DNA of 26,322 nt from Candidatus Hermodarchaeota archaeon (GTDB taxonomy: Archaea > Asgardarchaeota > Thorarchaeia > Thorarchaeales > Thorarchaeaceae). How positions within the stretch are numbered: position 1 is the first letter of the stretch; each line of letters starts with the position of its first letter. This document shows, in pieces, positions 25,130 through 26,322 of this stretch. The position numbers and the translations under genes are program-made. Below the pieces are notes generated by a model. That model did not search any database and was not told the origin of the DNA. It saw nothing but the letters and a program-made list of their open reading frames with translations. The stretch is from contig JBHLLF010000032.1 in NCBI GenBank assembly GCA_048885865.1, forward strand, positions 2,836-29,157. Direction: 5' to 3'.

Positions 25130-26269
25130 ATGGTTATGTCTGCGATGTCAGAGTATCCAGTGAGAAGAGACCCCAAGAAGGTGGTTGCGGTAGTGATAGT
25201 CGTAGCTGTCATTGCAGTCGCTTCAATAGCACTCATTTCATACCGGCCTCCAAGTGAGAGGCCTACCCTGATTGTCTATACATATGATAGCTTTATGCAG
25301 TGGGGCGATAATCCAGACACAATATTCGAGAGGGCATTTGGCGCATTTGAGGAGCAATTTGATTGCAGCGTAACAATCGAAACGCTTCAGACAGATGCGA
25401 ATGGTATCGTTTCAAGATTGGGAGCAGAGCAAAGCAATCCAGTTGCTGATGTTGTCATAGGGATAGATAACATCTTGATCCTCCAACAAGGAGTCACCGA
25501 TCTCTTAACACCTTACATACCGAGTAACATCGGCGTTGTTAACTCGACATTTATTGACGCCCTCGATCCAGGCCACTATCTTGTCCCCTTTGATTTTGGT
25601 CTTGTTACACTGATATACAAGAGCAGCAGTCTTGAAACCTTCCCAGAGCTTAACAATCTAACATTCGCTGACTTGGCAAATCCGGCTTTGGCCGGCGGCC
25701 TAGTCACTGAAGACCCACACTTCAGCAGCCCTGGTCTCGCTTTTCTTCTGACTGAGATTACAGTTCACGAGAAGCTGCTGGATGTGAACTGGACAGATTG
25801 GTGGGTCGATGTCAATGAGTATATTGATGTGCAGCCAGGATGGTCTGAAGCATGGAGTGTTTGGTACGATACACCAAGCAAACATATCATGAATAGCTAT
25901 GGAACTGATGGCGCATTCTCAGTCTATTTCTATGGTGGAGAACCAGAAACAGGAATAGCGCCAATCTTCCACGATGGGGATTATTATGCGTGGATGCAAG
26001 TTGAAGGAATGGGATTGGTCAAGAACGGGCCAAATCCTGAGCTTGCGAAACTATTCATTGACTATTGTCTGAATGAAACAGTTCAATCCCTAATAGCCAC
26101 AAATCAGTGGATGTTTCCTGTAAGAACTGGAGTGACCCTGGATCCTGCTTTCGAATATGCGTTGCATCCCAGTGATGTATCATTGTTGAATGAGCTCCTC
26201 CCAAGAACAGAGATTGCGGCTAATCTCACCACTTGGCTTGATATATTCGATGAGATTAGAATAGCCTAG
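25130..26269 (+). CDS. thiB: Thiamine ABC transporter substrate-binding protein (ThiB/TbpA)
   Basis: N-terminal TM anchor, LIVYTYDSF..WG, E..NP.ADVVIGIDN, PFDFG, EDP..SSPGLAFL, GWSEAW, SYGTD, QVEGMG, LAKLFIDY, QWMFPV. ATG 25136 and 25145 are alternative starts. Confidence 0.9.
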   Translation: MVMSAMSEYPVRRDPKKVVAVVIVVAVIAVASIALISYRPPSERPTLIVYTYDSFMQWGDNPDTIFERAFGAFEEQFDCSVTIETLQTDANGIVSRLGAEQSNPVADVVIGIDNILILQQGVTDLLTPYIPSNIGVVNSTFIDALDPGHYLVPFDFGLVTLIYKSSSLETFPELNNLTFADLANPALAGGLVTEDPHFSSPGLAFLLTEITVHEKLLDVNWTDWWVDVNEYIDVQPGWSEAWSVWYDTPSKHIMNSYGTDGAFSVYFYGGEPETGIAPIFHDGDYYAWMQVEGMGLVKNGPNPELAKLFIDYCLNETVQSLIATNQWMFPVRTGVTLDPAFEYALHPSDVSLLNELLPRTEIAANLTTWLDIFDEIRIA

Positions 26270-26284
26270 TTCAGGTGCAAATTC

Positions 26285-26322
26285 ATGGATTGGAGAACAT
26301 CGATTAGATGGGCCGCCATCGC
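26285..26322 (+). CDS. Start of next gene (MDWRTSIRWAAI...), probably the thiamine ABC permease; truncated by window edge
   Basis: ATG 26285 preceded by CAGGTG. Identity is inferred only from the usual thiB-thiP-thiQ order. Confidence 0.4.
   Translation, partial: MDWRTSIRWAAI

Noticed and set aside
1-26322. tRNA, rRNA, CRISPR arrays, IS elements
   Set aside because: I recognised no cloverleaf, regularly spaced repeats, terminal inverted repeats with a transposase, or integrase by eye. tRNAscan, Rfam and CRISPR finders were not run.

Overview
Archaeal chromosomal segment with dense, mostly housekeeping and accessory genes. An Asgard (Thorarchaeia-like) origin is my inference from the group II chaperonin, Rpo6, Ard1, AK6, MEMO1, ThiR and the large Ig-repeat surface proteins; I cannot confirm it here. 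Gene order: RNase Z-like MBL hydrolase, SPFH/zinc-ribbon protein, Ig-repeat surface protein, orphan N6-adenine DNA methyltransferase, membrane protein, adenylate kinase 6 (-), membrane-anchored HhH (DUF4332-like) protein, Ard1, DUF89/ARMT1 phosphatase, thermosome, an unusually long HhH-fused RNA polymerase subunit Rpo6, MgtC/DUF4010 protein, hisS, MEMO1, then on the minus strand MFS, ACT regulator, GNAT and a glycyl-radical activase, a second Ig-repeat surface protein (+), GNAT (-), a DUF3795-like remnant, a CBS protein, and a divergent ThiR / thiamine ABC transporter locus with a visible tandem operator. I recognised no rRNA, tRNA, CRISPR array or transposase. The most striking feature is Rpo6, which carries an acidic N-terminal tail, a double helix-hairpin-helix domain and a basic linker ahead of the normal core. 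This could be an RNA-polymerase-tethered nucleic-acid or factor-binding module analogous to bacterial alpha-CTD. Next most interesting are the structured 5' leader of hisS and the ThiR operator. All family assignments come from motif recognition, not database searches.
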